Positions 24,332 to 33,686 of a stretch of DNA of 39,680 nt are shown here, piece by piece. The stretch is from NCBI GenBank assembly GCA_016783345.1, contig JADHWT010000001.1, forward strand, positions 1 to 39,680, read 5' to 3'. Position 1 is the stretch's first letter. The number at the start of each line of letters is the position of its first letter. Source of the DNA: Candidatus Omnitrophota bacterium. GTDB taxonomy: Bacteria; NPL-UPA2; BS750m-G34. The notes under the pieces were generated by a model. That model was given only the letters and a program-made list of their open reading frames with translations. It was not told the origin of the DNA and made no database searches. Made by a program: the position numbers and the translations under genes.

Positions 24332-25698
24332 AACTTAAATTATATATAAAATTGGGGTTGGGAATAGCCTTTTTATTTTGCCCTAATAAAGGGATAGCGC
24401 AAGAGGTGGCTAATCAGTCCATTATTTATAATCTTACCGATAGTATAAAGTTAGCCATGAAGACCAACCCAACGGTTCAGCAGGCTTTACAGGAGATAGA
24501 GCGTACCAGGGGGGCACTCTTGAGTTATGCCTCCCAAAATAATCTGCCTCAGCTTGAATATACGCGGACAGAATCTTTTTCCAGGGCTATACCGTCAAAA
24601 AAGACAATTAAAAATACAGCCGGGGTAGAGCAGGTACTCTATAGATTCGGACAAGAAAACGTGACGGAAAAGGAGGATTTTCGAACAGCCAGAACCGCTT
24701 ATGTCAAAGCTATGAACGACACCATCTATAACGTCAGGACAAATTATTTAAATGCCCTTCTTTTACAAAAGCAGCTTAGACAAAAGAGAAGCCTGTTAAA
24801 AGAATATGAGAATAGACTGAAGATAAAGAAGGCAGAATATGAGCTGGGGGAAATTACACTGGCTGATGTTATAGATGCTGAACTACAGATAATTACCCAG
24901 GAAATTAGCATTGATAACGTGGAAAACGACCTTGACCAGTATAAAATGGATTTTCTTACCTTAATTGGTAAAGATTTACAGGATTTTATGTTAGAGGAAG
25001 AATCATGGGAGGCGGAGTTTAATGTGGAAGAAGCTATAAGATATGCGCTAGACACAAGAATAGAGATAAGAGATTTATCTAAAGAAATAAGGATACAGGA
25101 AGGTATTGTTAGAGAGGCCTTATGGAAGGTTTCTCCTGATATTACTCTTACCGGGACTGAAGGAAGATTCCTGGAACAATACGATTTAAGCTTAACCAAG
25201 ACCAGTGATAAGATCTCGGCAGGTCTTGATGTTACCAGGGACCCGGCTCTAACTTCCATGACTGGTAAGTATAGAGATGAGTGGGGGTTTAGCCTGAGTG
25301 TTTCCCTTCCTCTTTTTGAGGGATTAAATATGGCCGGGGCGAGGAGAGAAGAGATAGCTACTCTGGAAAAATCTAAATTTGAGATGGAAGCCAAGAAGGA
25401 CGAGATAAGGAAAGAGATAATAAGGGCTTATACTATTTTTTCCAAAAAGAAAGATAAATTAATCCGCCAGAACAAACAGATGGAGTTAAAGAAAAGGAAA
25501 TGGCAGATTATACAAAAATTAATTGATCTTGGAAGAAGTTCATATTATGAGTTAAATACAGCCAGAGATGATTTTAATTCAGCTGAAGAGAGCTACTATA
25601 ACACGGAGCGAGAATATATATTAGCTCAGGAAGGTATTAGAAAGGTGATGGGAGAATATTATAAATATATGGGGGATTACCTCAAATATTGGGAGTAG
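24328..25698 (+). CDS. TolC-like outer membrane efflux protein
   Basis: 456 aa. Signal-like N-terminus, OEP-family start LTDSIKLAMKTNPTVQQALQEIERTRGAL, and a second repeat with ...EEAIRYALDTRIEIRDL... The heptad-rich helices are typical of TolC. The start overlaps the upstream stop (ATGA). Confidence 0.8.
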   Translation: MKLKLYIKLGLGIAFLFCPNKGIAQEVANQSIIYNLTDSIKLAMKTNPTVQQALQEIERTRGALLSYASQNNLPQLEYTRTESFSRAIPSKKTIKNTAGVEQVLYRFGQENVTEKEDFRTARTAYVKAMNDTIYNVRTNYLNALLLQKQLRQKRSLLKEYENRLKIKKAEYELGEITLADVIDAELQIITQEISIDNVENDLDQYKMDFLTLIGKDLQDFMLEEESWEAEFNVEEAIRYALDTRIEIRDLSKEIRIQEGIVREALWKVSPDITLTGTEGRFLEQYDLSLTKTSDKISAGLDVTRDPALTSMTGKYRDEWGFSLSVSLPLFEGLNMAGARREEIATLEKSKFEMEAKKDEIRKEIIRAYTIFSKKKDKLIRQNKQMELKKRKWQIIQKLIDLGRSSYYELNTARDDFNSAEESYYNTEREYILAQEGIRKVMGEYYKYMGDYLKYWE

Positions 25699-25702
25699 AA
25701 AA

Positions 25703-26410
25703 ATGCTTGAAACAATAAAGCTAAAAAAGATATATGAGAATAGAGTATTGGCTGTTAATGAAGTGGACCTGAAGATTGAGGCAGGAGAGATATTTGTTCT
25801 TTTAGGTGCTAATGGCGCAGGCAAGACTACTATAATTATGCTTATCCTTGGCTTTACTGACCCAACCAGTGGGACTGCGTTAATAAACGGAATTGACGTG
25901 GTTAAAAATCCTTTAAAAGCCAAAAAGCACGTTGCCTATGTCTCGGAAAATGTCATACTTTATGGAAACTTTACTGCCCGACAGAATCTGGACTTTTTTA
26001 CCAAATTAGCAGGTAAAACAGGATTGACTGATAACGATTATGACAAGGTTCTGAAAAGAGTAGGGCTGCCTCAAGAAAGTTTCAATCGGAGGGTAGGGAG
26101 TTTTTCTAAGGGTATGCGGCAAAGACTTGGGATAGCTATTGCTATTTTAAAAGATACAGAGGTGATTCTCCTTGATGAGCCTACTTCAGGTTTGGACCCT
26201 AAAGGTGGGAAGGAATTTTTGGATATCTTGAGAGGCTTAAGGGATGAGAATAAGGCTATATTTATGTCTTCCCATGATATCTTCCGGACAAAAATTATTG
26301 CTGACCGGGTAGGGATTATGCATAGTGGGAATCTGGTTAAGGTTATTGAAAGGGAAGAGATGGACAGGGTAGATTTAGAGGAACTTTATTTAAAGTATAT
26401 TGAAGTCTAA
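25703..26410 (+). CDS. ABC transporter ATP-binding protein
   Basis: 235 aa. Walker A GANGAGKTT, signature FSKGMRQRL, Walker B VILLDEPTSGLD, and H-loop SSHD. Confidence 0.93.
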   Translation: MLETIKLKKIYENRVLAVNEVDLKIEAGEIFVLLGANGAGKTTIIMLILGFTDPTSGTALINGIDVVKNPLKAKKHVAYVSENVILYGNFTARQNLDFFTKLAGKTGLTDNDYDKVLKRVGLPQESFNRRVGSFSKGMRQRLGIAIAILKDTEVILLDEPTSGLDPKGGKEFLDILRGLRDENKAIFMSSHDIFRTKIIADRVGIMHSGNLVKVIEREEMDRVDLEELYLKYIEV

Positions 26411-26416
26411 GTATCG

Positions 26417-27805
26417 GTGAATATGTTAGGCACAATTATAAAAAAGGAAATTATCGGCCATATCTTAAGTTACCGATTTATGGTAACTTTTATTCTCTTT
26501 TTCAGTCTGATATTAATAAGCATTTTTATTTTAACCAATGATTACCAAACCAGATTAGATAGTTACAAAGCCAGTGTAAGCAGCCATAAAGAAGAGATAA
26601 ATAAGATAAAAGCCATAAAAGATCCCAATCAAGCTTGTGCAGAATTATTATATAATCAAGGTCTATATGCGGATCGAGCGCCAAAGTCACTTTCAATTTT
26701 AGCTAAAGGGCTTGAGGATAATATACCGGAAGAGGTTCATACAGCCTGGTGGCAACCCAGTACAAGAAAGTTGAATAAGGAACTTTATAGAAATCCCATT
26801 TTTGCTCTCTTTACCACCCCTGATTTTTTATATATTGTTAATATCATCTTGAGCCTGCTTTCACTATTATTTGTCTTTGATACCATCTGCGGAGAAAAAG
26901 AGAATGGCACTTTAAAGCTTATGCTTTCTAATTCTTTACCCAGAGATATAATTCTATTAGGAAAGTGGATAGGAGGTTATATTACCCTTATTGCCCCATT
27001 TTTAGTGGCAGTAATCTCAGGTATAATCTATCTCTATTTTAGAAAAGTAATCTTATTTGACATAGAAATTCTCTCAAGGATAGGTCTTATAATATTAACT
27101 TCCCTGATATATATATCCATATTTTTCACTTTAGGTATTTTTATCTCTACTATTACCAGAAAATCTTCTACAGCACTTCTTTTAGGGCTATTTATCTGGG
27201 TGATATGGATTCTGGTTATTCCAAATTTAGCTCCGGTAATTTCAAGAATTAGTATGCCTATTCCCACTATCCAGAAGATAAATGCTGAAAAGCAAGCCAT
27301 AAATAAGGAAATAGAGATTAAAAAGAGACGAATTTCGCGAACTATGATTGGCTACGGCAAAGAGGCTGAAGAATTAAAAGAAGAATTGGATGAGGAAAGA
27401 AAGAAACGAATAGGAAAATTAGATAAATTTTATGAAGATAAATTAGAAGGACAGGTAAATATTTGCAAGATTCTGTCTCGAATTTCACCTTCTGCCAGTT
27501 TTATATATACTAGCACGGCGTTAGCCCAGACAGGCACAGGTCAATATAAAATTTTTAAACAGGCTTATAAAAGATTTCAGGACGAATTTAGAGCATATGG
27601 AGATCCGTTAGGGAAAAAGAGAAGGAAAAAGGAACTAAAAGAGAATTGGTTCCACGAGGAAGAACTTCCCACTCTCCAGATAACCAAGGTAAGTATAGCT
27701 CAAGATTTTCCGTTGATACTTTTTGACCTTTTATTATTAGTGGTTTATAATGCCCTCTTTTTCATGGGCGGGTATCTATTTTTCTTGCGTTACGATGTGC
27801 GATAG
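26417..27805 (+). CDS. ABC-2-type permease, paralogue 1 (large loop inserts)
   Basis: 462 aa. TM1, a loop of about 85 aa, TM2, the GEKENGTLKLMLS..LPR..ILLGKWIGGY coupling block, TM3-5, a K/E-rich insert of about 150 aa, a final TM, and terminal FLRYDVR. The start could also be ATG 26423. Confidence 0.8.
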   Translation: MNMLGTIIKKEIIGHILSYRFMVTFILFFSLILISIFILTNDYQTRLDSYKASVSSHKEEINKIKAIKDPNQACAELLYNQGLYADRAPKSLSILAKGLEDNIPEEVHTAWWQPSTRKLNKELYRNPIFALFTTPDFLYIVNIILSLLSLLFVFDTICGEKENGTLKLMLSNSLPRDIILLGKWIGGYITLIAPFLVAVISGIIYLYFRKVILFDIEILSRIGLIILTSLIYISIFFTLGIFISTITRKSSTALLLGLFIWVIWILVIPNLAPVISRISMPIPTIQKINAEKQAINKEIEIKKRRISRTMIGYGKEAEELKEELDEERKKRIGKLDKFYEDKLEGQVNICKILSRISPSASFIYTSTALAQTGTGQYKIFKQAYKRFQDEFRAYGDPLGKKRRKKELKENWFHEEELPTLQITKVSIAQDFPLILFDLLLLVVYNALFFMGGYLFFLRYDVR

Positions 27806-27818
27806 GAGTTAGTAAAAG

Positions 27819-29204
27819 ATGCTCTGGCTGATTATAAAGAAAGAAGTACTGGATCACCTTCTGAGCCTGAAATTCAGCATTACCTGCATCCTGTGTTTTG
27901 TAGTTATTCTCTCCAGCGTTATTGTACTCTCCAGAGATTATAAAGAAAATCTCATGGACTATCACACAAATATAGTTATGCATAGAAACGAGGTTTTAAG
28001 TTCTGGACAGGGGGGGCAAGCATGGAAAATTTTTGAGGGGATAAAAGTGGATAAGCCCTTAAATGCGATGGAGATATTTTTCAGGAATCCCAATCGAAAA
28101 GGTAATATTACAGCCAGGGTGAGAGCTGGAGATGAACCTCGGTTTGAAAGTGAATATGAGGAGAATCCAATTATTCATCTATTTTCTATTATTGATCTAA
28201 GGTATTTTATCGGGATTATTATGGGGCTTTTAGCTATTATCTTCAGTTATGATGCTGTGTCAGGGGAAAAAGAAGCCGGGACATTGAGATTGGTTGTATC
28301 CTATAGTGTTCCGAGAGACAAGGTGCTTTTAGGGAAATGGATCGGGGGATATTTGAGTTTAATCTTTCCGTATCTATTAGCTATAATTTCAGGCCTGATA
28401 ATAGCTATAGTTTCTCCGCAGGTAAAACTGTCAGGAGCCAATTGGCTGGAATTGGGAATGATTATTCTTCTTTCTTTTCTTTATATTTCAGCTATGTATA
28501 CTATGGGCCTGTTTATCTCTGCAAATACTAAAATGGCCTCTACTTCTATTACTATTTTGCTTTTAATCTGGGTAATTGTAGTTTTGGTTATACCTAATAT
28601 CAGCCCCTATCTTGCTTCCCAGATTTTTTCGACTCCCTCAATTCAGGAGATTGAAAAAGAGAAAATGCAAATGGCAAAAGCAGAAGGTGAAAAGTTTCAT
28701 AAAGAGTGGAAAAAATATAATGAGGAATGTGAAAAGAAAAAAATTCCGCAGGCGGAAAGGTGGGAGGGATTTCAAGATAGGCATAACAAATGGCTTTCTA
28801 ACATCAATTCTGAAAGGGAAAAAATAAATACCCACTATAAGAGACTGTTAAATAAACAAGTGAAGATAGCAAAAAATATCTCGCGTATCTCACCTCTGTC
28901 TTCTTTAAATTACAGCATTGTTGACCTGGCTGGAGTGGGTTCTATAGAGACAGATAGATTCTGGAAAGAGCTGGTAAGATATAGAGATAAGGTTAGTAAT
29001 TATATATTAGGGAATCGACCTGAATGGATGAAGAAAAATTGGAAGAATATTGACTTCAGTGATTATCCAAAGTTTCATTATGAAGAGAGTAAATTTTCGG
29101 ACAGGATAAGAGACTGTTTCCCGGATATATTAGTTTTGATTATGTGGAATGTTATATTCTTTATGGGAGCATACTTGTCATTTTTACGATACGATGTGAG
29201 GTAA
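27819..29204 (+). CDS. ABC-2-type permease, paralogue 2 (large loop inserts)
   Basis: 461 aa. It has the same architecture as 26417-27805: GEKEAGTLRLVVSYSVPRDKVLLGKWIGGY, a K/E-rich insert, and the same terminal FLRYDVR. Confidence 0.8.
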   Translation: MLWLIIKKEVLDHLLSLKFSITCILCFVVILSSVIVLSRDYKENLMDYHTNIVMHRNEVLSSGQGGQAWKIFEGIKVDKPLNAMEIFFRNPNRKGNITARVRAGDEPRFESEYEENPIIHLFSIIDLRYFIGIIMGLLAIIFSYDAVSGEKEAGTLRLVVSYSVPRDKVLLGKWIGGYLSLIFPYLLAIISGLIIAIVSPQVKLSGANWLELGMIILLSFLYISAMYTMGLFISANTKMASTSITILLLIWVIVVLVIPNISPYLASQIFSTPSIQEIEKEKMQMAKAEGEKFHKEWKKYNEECEKKKIPQAERWEGFQDRHNKWLSNINSEREKINTHYKRLLNKQVKIAKNISRISPLSSLNYSIVDLAGVGSIETDRFWKELVRYRDKVSNYILGNRPEWMKKNWKNIDFSDYPKFHYEESKFSDRIRDCFPDILVLIMWNVIFFMGAYLSFLRYDVR

Positions 29205-29208
29205 CAGT

Positions 29209-30546
29209 ATGAATAGAAGAATTATTACATCGATTTTTGTAATTTTGTTTTCTTTTTACCTGTGCGGCTGCGGGAATAAAATTGAGAGAAATATCAATAA
29301 ACTGGCAGGGGATCAAGAACAAAGAGAAACTGCTATGCTGGAACTCACTTTAGCTAAGGAGGATGCTATTGAGCCATTGATTAATACTCTCTCCGATACC
29401 AGTAAGCCAGTAGAGGTACGGGTTGATATAGTGACAATTCTATTTCGTATATTGCTTCGCGAATCGGATGAGCGTATCCTGCCAGCACTTCTGGCTAATT
29501 TAAATGACCAGGAACCAAAGGTGAGAGAGGTCATTGTGATTGGCCTGGGCGATTTAAGAAAAAAGGAAGTAATAAAAGATGTTTTGAAGATACTTGGCGA
29601 TGAAAATGAAAAAGTTAGATATCAGGCCATTTGTACTCTGGAAGAGCTGCAGGAAAAGATGAGTCAGGAAGAAAAGGATGAGTTTATTAGCCAGAGTAAA
29701 ATTATTTTAGAGAGCCAGGATAAGTTAGCCCGAGAAAAAGCAGAAGAGATATTGGCTAAAGAGGCTGAGCTTTTAATAGCGGAGGCCGATAAATGTGTTC
29801 TCCAGGCAGATATTAAGAAGGCTGAGGAAGTGTTAATGAAGGCAAAAAAATTAGTACCCGATGGCCTTAATGTCAACTACAAATTAGGGAGATTATATTT
29901 TGACCAGGGAGAGAAAGAAAAAGGGTTAGAAATTTTGACTAAGTATGGATATATAATTTATGTGCCTAAATTTGAAAATTCGCCGGTAATAGACGGAGGA
30001 ATTAAGGATACGGCATGGGGAAAAGCAGCTAAAATTGAAAAATTTTATAAATGCCTCCGGAATGTCTATTCGGCTAAGGAAACAGAAGGCAAATCAGAGC
30101 TTTATGTAGGCTATACAGACGAAGCTTTCTATATTGGCACTAAGGGGTATGAAGATTCTACTGTTAATTTAATTCAGCATTATAAAATCAGGGATAGCCA
30201 TATTTATAAAGATGACTGCTGGGAGATATTTTTGGATACTAAACGCGATTGTAAGACTTATTACCAGATTGTTGTCAATTGCATAGGTGCAGTTTATGAT
30301 TCCTATGAGAAGAAAAAAGAATGGAATGGAGAATATAAGGTTGGCGCTAAGATAAAAGATAAATTTTGGTCTATGGAAATAGAGATTCCTTTTAAACAAT
30401 TACACGATACTAAAGTAGAAAAAGGGACAATTTGGAGTTTCAATCTGAATCGTTTCCGGGCTACTTCTGGGGAATCTTGTCAGTGGAGACCAACCTATGG
30501 GAATCATCATAGGCCGGATTTATTCGGATTTTTGATTTTTGACTAG
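29209..30546 (+). CDS. Lipoprotein with HEAT-like repeats, a helical linker, and a C-terminal CBM9/DOMON-like beta-sandwich
   Basis: 445 aa. Lipobox FYLCGCG. HEAT-like units (AIEPLINTLSD..VRVDIV; LLANLNDQEPKVREVIVIGLGDL; VLKILGDENEKVRYQAICTL). The C-terminus DGGIKDTAWGKA...WSMEIEIPFKQL...GTIWSFNLNRFR resembles carbohydrate-binding family 9-like domains (from memory). Confidence 0.6.
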   Translation: MNRRIITSIFVILFSFYLCGCGNKIERNINKLAGDQEQRETAMLELTLAKEDAIEPLINTLSDTSKPVEVRVDIVTILFRILLRESDERILPALLANLNDQEPKVREVIVIGLGDLRKKEVIKDVLKILGDENEKVRYQAICTLEELQEKMSQEEKDEFISQSKIILESQDKLAREKAEEILAKEAELLIAEADKCVLQADIKKAEEVLMKAKKLVPDGLNVNYKLGRLYFDQGEKEKGLEILTKYGYIIYVPKFENSPVIDGGIKDTAWGKAAKIEKFYKCLRNVYSAKETEGKSELYVGYTDEAFYIGTKGYEDSTVNLIQHYKIRDSHIYKDDCWEIFLDTKRDCKTYYQIVVNCIGAVYDSYEKKKEWNGEYKVGAKIKDKFWSMEIEIPFKQLHDTKVEKGTIWSFNLNRFRATSGESCQWRPTYGNHHRPDLFGFLIFD

Positions 30547-30636
30547 ATCAAAATAAAAAGATGTCAGACGCCAATGCGGGCAGCCAGCTTGAGGTCGAAC
30601 CAGAGCCAGAAACCAGAAACAAACGAATTTTTGTGA

Positions 30637-30664
30637 TTGACTTGTTAATGAAATTAGATATAAT
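30637..30664 (+). promoter_or_regulatory. Near-consensus sigma70 promoter for gap
   Basis: TTGACT (30637-30642), 16-nt spacer, TATAAT (30659-30664). The predicted TSS is around 30671, at the start of the GTTGTAAGTTATAAG leader. Confidence 0.6.
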
Positions 30665-30684
30665 AAAAAAGTTGTAAGTTATAA

Positions 30685-31722
<1,038 letters not shown>

Positions 31723-31766
31723 TTACGAAAAGAATTACTATTGGAAAACCGTCTCAGCTTACAGGT

Positions 31767-32999
31767 GTGGTCAAGGCTCCTCCATCTAAGTCATATACTC
31801 AGAGAGCTATTATGATTGGCAGTATAAATGGAAGTTGTAAAATTGTAAATCCATTATATGCAGATGATACCCTTGCAACAATTAACGCATGGAAGGAATT
31901 AGGCGCTGTTATTAAAAAAGAATCTAACCATCTACGAATAAGAGGATTTTATGGGTCACCTTGCCCAAGGGGTCATTCTATAAATGTTAGAGAATCGGGG
32001 ACACTCCTCAGATTTATCTTACCTATAATTGCTTTAGCTAAAGGTAGTTTTAAGGTTTTAGGCGAAAGAACGTTATTAGGCCGTTCCAATAGAACAATTG
32101 TAGAGGCGTTAAAATCCTGGAATATTAGTATCGCGGGAACAGGCAAAGACCATAAACTTCCGATTAAATTAGAAGGAAAAGGAGAAATTCGAGGTGGTAA
32201 AACTTATGTAAGCGGGGAGCAGAGTTCTCAAACAATATCTTCACTTTTAATAGTAGCACCCTTTGCAAAAGAGGATACAACAATAATCGTAAAAGATAAA
32301 TTGGTTTCCAGACCCTATGTGGATGTTACTATTGATGTTCTTCAACAGGTAGGAATACAGGTAAAAAAAGAGAGTTATAAAAAATTTTATATAAGACGTG
32401 GCCAAAGATTTAAGACGCAAAAAAAATTTATAGTTCATGGGGATTATTCGTCGGCAGCTTTTTTAATAGCTGCGGCAAGTTTACTTCCATCAGATGTTAC
32501 TATTACAGATCTTGTAGATGATAAACAAGGTGATAAAAAAATTATAGATATTTTGAAAAAGATGGGAGCGAAAATAAATCGTGTTGATAATGCTGTGAAT
32601 GTTAAAGGTCCATTTGAACTTAAAGGTATCAATATAGATTGTGGCGATACGCCGGATTTAGTTCCTATTCTTGCAGTTCTTGGTTGTTTTGCTAAAGGGA
32701 AGACAAGAATTTACAATATATCTCATTTAGCACACAAGGAGAGTAATAGGATTACTACACCTGCTGGTGAATTGATGAAATTAGGAGCAGATATATCTAC
32801 AACAAAAAATAGTATAATAGTAAAACAATCTTGTTTAAAGCCGGGGCATGTTTCAGCGCGGGGTGACCATAGGATTGCAATGGCACTAGTAATAGCTGGA
32901 TTGAGGATAGGTGATGTAAGAATAGAGGGGATTGAGTGTATTTCAAAGTCTTACCCCGACTTCTTTAAAGATATAAAATCTCTTGGGGTTAAATTTTGA
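31767..32999 (+). CDS. aroA: 3-phosphoshikimate 1-carboxyvinyltransferase (EPSP synthase); true start probably upstream of GTG 31767
   Basis: Has APPSKSYTQRA, the LGRSNR-type loop, GDYSSAAF, DLVP, KESNR and GDHRIAMA blocks. The in-frame upstream sequence (RITIGKPSQLTG, 31731-31766) looks like the conserved first strand but has no ATG, GTG or TTG. Confidence 0.88.
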   Translation: MVKAPPSKSYTQRAIMIGSINGSCKIVNPLYADDTLATINAWKELGAVIKKESNHLRIRGFYGSPCPRGHSINVRESGTLLRFILPIIALAKGSFKVLGERTLLGRSNRTIVEALKSWNISIAGTGKDHKLPIKLEGKGEIRGGKTYVSGEQSSQTISSLLIVAPFAKEDTTIIVKDKLVSRPYVDVTIDVLQQVGIQVKKESYKKFYIRRGQRFKTQKKFIVHGDYSSAAFLIAAASLLPSDVTITDLVDDKQGDKKIIDILKKMGAKINRVDNAVNVKGPFELKGINIDCGDTPDLVPILAVLGCFAKGKTRIYNISHLAHKESNRITTPAGELMKLGADISTTKNSIIVKQSCLKPGHVSARGDHRIAMALVIAGLRIGDVRIEGIECISKSYPDFFKDIKSLGVKF

Positions 33000-33084
33000 A
33001 CAAGATTAAAAAAATTTATCACTAATAGAAAAGTAAAAATAGTATTAGAGCCCTTTTTTGAAAAAAGTATGCAAAGATATTATA

Positions 33085-33439
33085 ATGAAGAAAGTTAACT
33101 TTAGAATTTAAATTTAAATAAGCAATAAGGAAACCTCAAAAGGCTATTTCTTTAGAACTGAGTGATGAGGTCTATGTACGACTTCAGCCTAAAATAAAAG
33201 GAATTCTTGGTTTTACAATTTTACACTTCAGTAGAAATGATTTATTTAAAAAGGCATCTTCTAAAGATACTGGTTTAGAGTTTAAAGAGATAGGAAAGAA
33301 AGGAAATCGTTTCTCCTGTCCTAATTGTGGAGAAGTTATTACTTTTAATAATAAAAAGGAAGCGGAAATTCTTGATGATACCATTAATTTTCATGGAGCG
33401 TTGCTAAACGTGGATGTTCATAATTCTTATAAGTGTTAA
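33085..33439 (+). pseudogene. Decayed ORF (possible small Zn-ribbon/RHH-like protein) in an AT-rich spacer
   Basis: ATG 33085 (MKKVNFRI) hits stops at 33109-33120. A 106-codon open frame with no start codon follows in another frame (33122-33439): ...ISLELSDEVYVRLQP...FSCPNCGEVITF... Confidence 0.4.
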
Positions 33440-33446
33440 AAATTTC

Positions 33447-33475
33447 TTGCCTTCCTTCTTATACTATGCTATAGT
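33447..33475 (+). promoter_or_regulatory. Strong sigma70 promoter with extended -10 upstream of exbBD
   Basis: TTGCCT (33447-33452), 17-nt spacer, TGcTATAGT (33467-33475). Confidence 0.55.
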
Positions 33476-33603
33476 GCCATTAAAATGAAGGTAAAAAAAA
33501 TAAACTTTTCATATCAGGATAAGACCAAAATTGGTAAATTGGCCATATTTGGTTGGCAAAATTTATAATGGTTTGATAATAGAGAGTAACTCCTCGATAG
33601 GTT

Positions 33604-33647
33604 TGGTATGATAATGAGTGGGCGTATTCCTGCAGGGTTATTGACCT
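33604..33647 (+). repeat. 44-bp direct repeat, right copy (orphan gap 3' fragment)
   Basis: Identical to 31648-31691. It encodes [15 protein letters not shown] but lies in non-coding DNA 40 nt upstream of exbB. Confidence 0.95.
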
Positions 33648-33686
33648 TATTGTAAAAGTTATAAGTTGTAAATTATAGGTAATATT

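Noticed and set aside
23048-30546. Treating the ABC operon as a standard MacAB-TolC, type I secretion, or gliding GldAFG system.
   Set aside because: There is no HlyD/MFP adaptor, no MacB-type FtsX permease signature, no C39 or RTX substrate, and no GldG-like protein. The permeases are ABC-2-like with unusual inserts, so it is left as an uncharacterised module.
30561-30677. A GC-rich patch in the intergenic region before gap. It reads as a 38-codon ORF (MSDANAGSQLEVEPEPETRNKRIFVIDLLMKLDIIKKL), has a GGTCGAACC tRNA-T-arm-like word, and has faint similarity to the SRP RNA GUCAG...GCAGCC.
   Set aside because: There is no SD, and the ORF runs through the gap promoter. I could not fold a cloverleaf or T-arm (the flanking 5-mers are not complementary) or an SRP domain IV hairpin with a GGAA loop. 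It may be a remnant, but nothing is supportable.
33184-33384. 66-aa minus-strand ORF in the AT-rich spacer.
   Set aside because: It is the antisense shadow of the longer, more protein-like plus-strand open frame (33122-33439), and it has no RBS or promoter.
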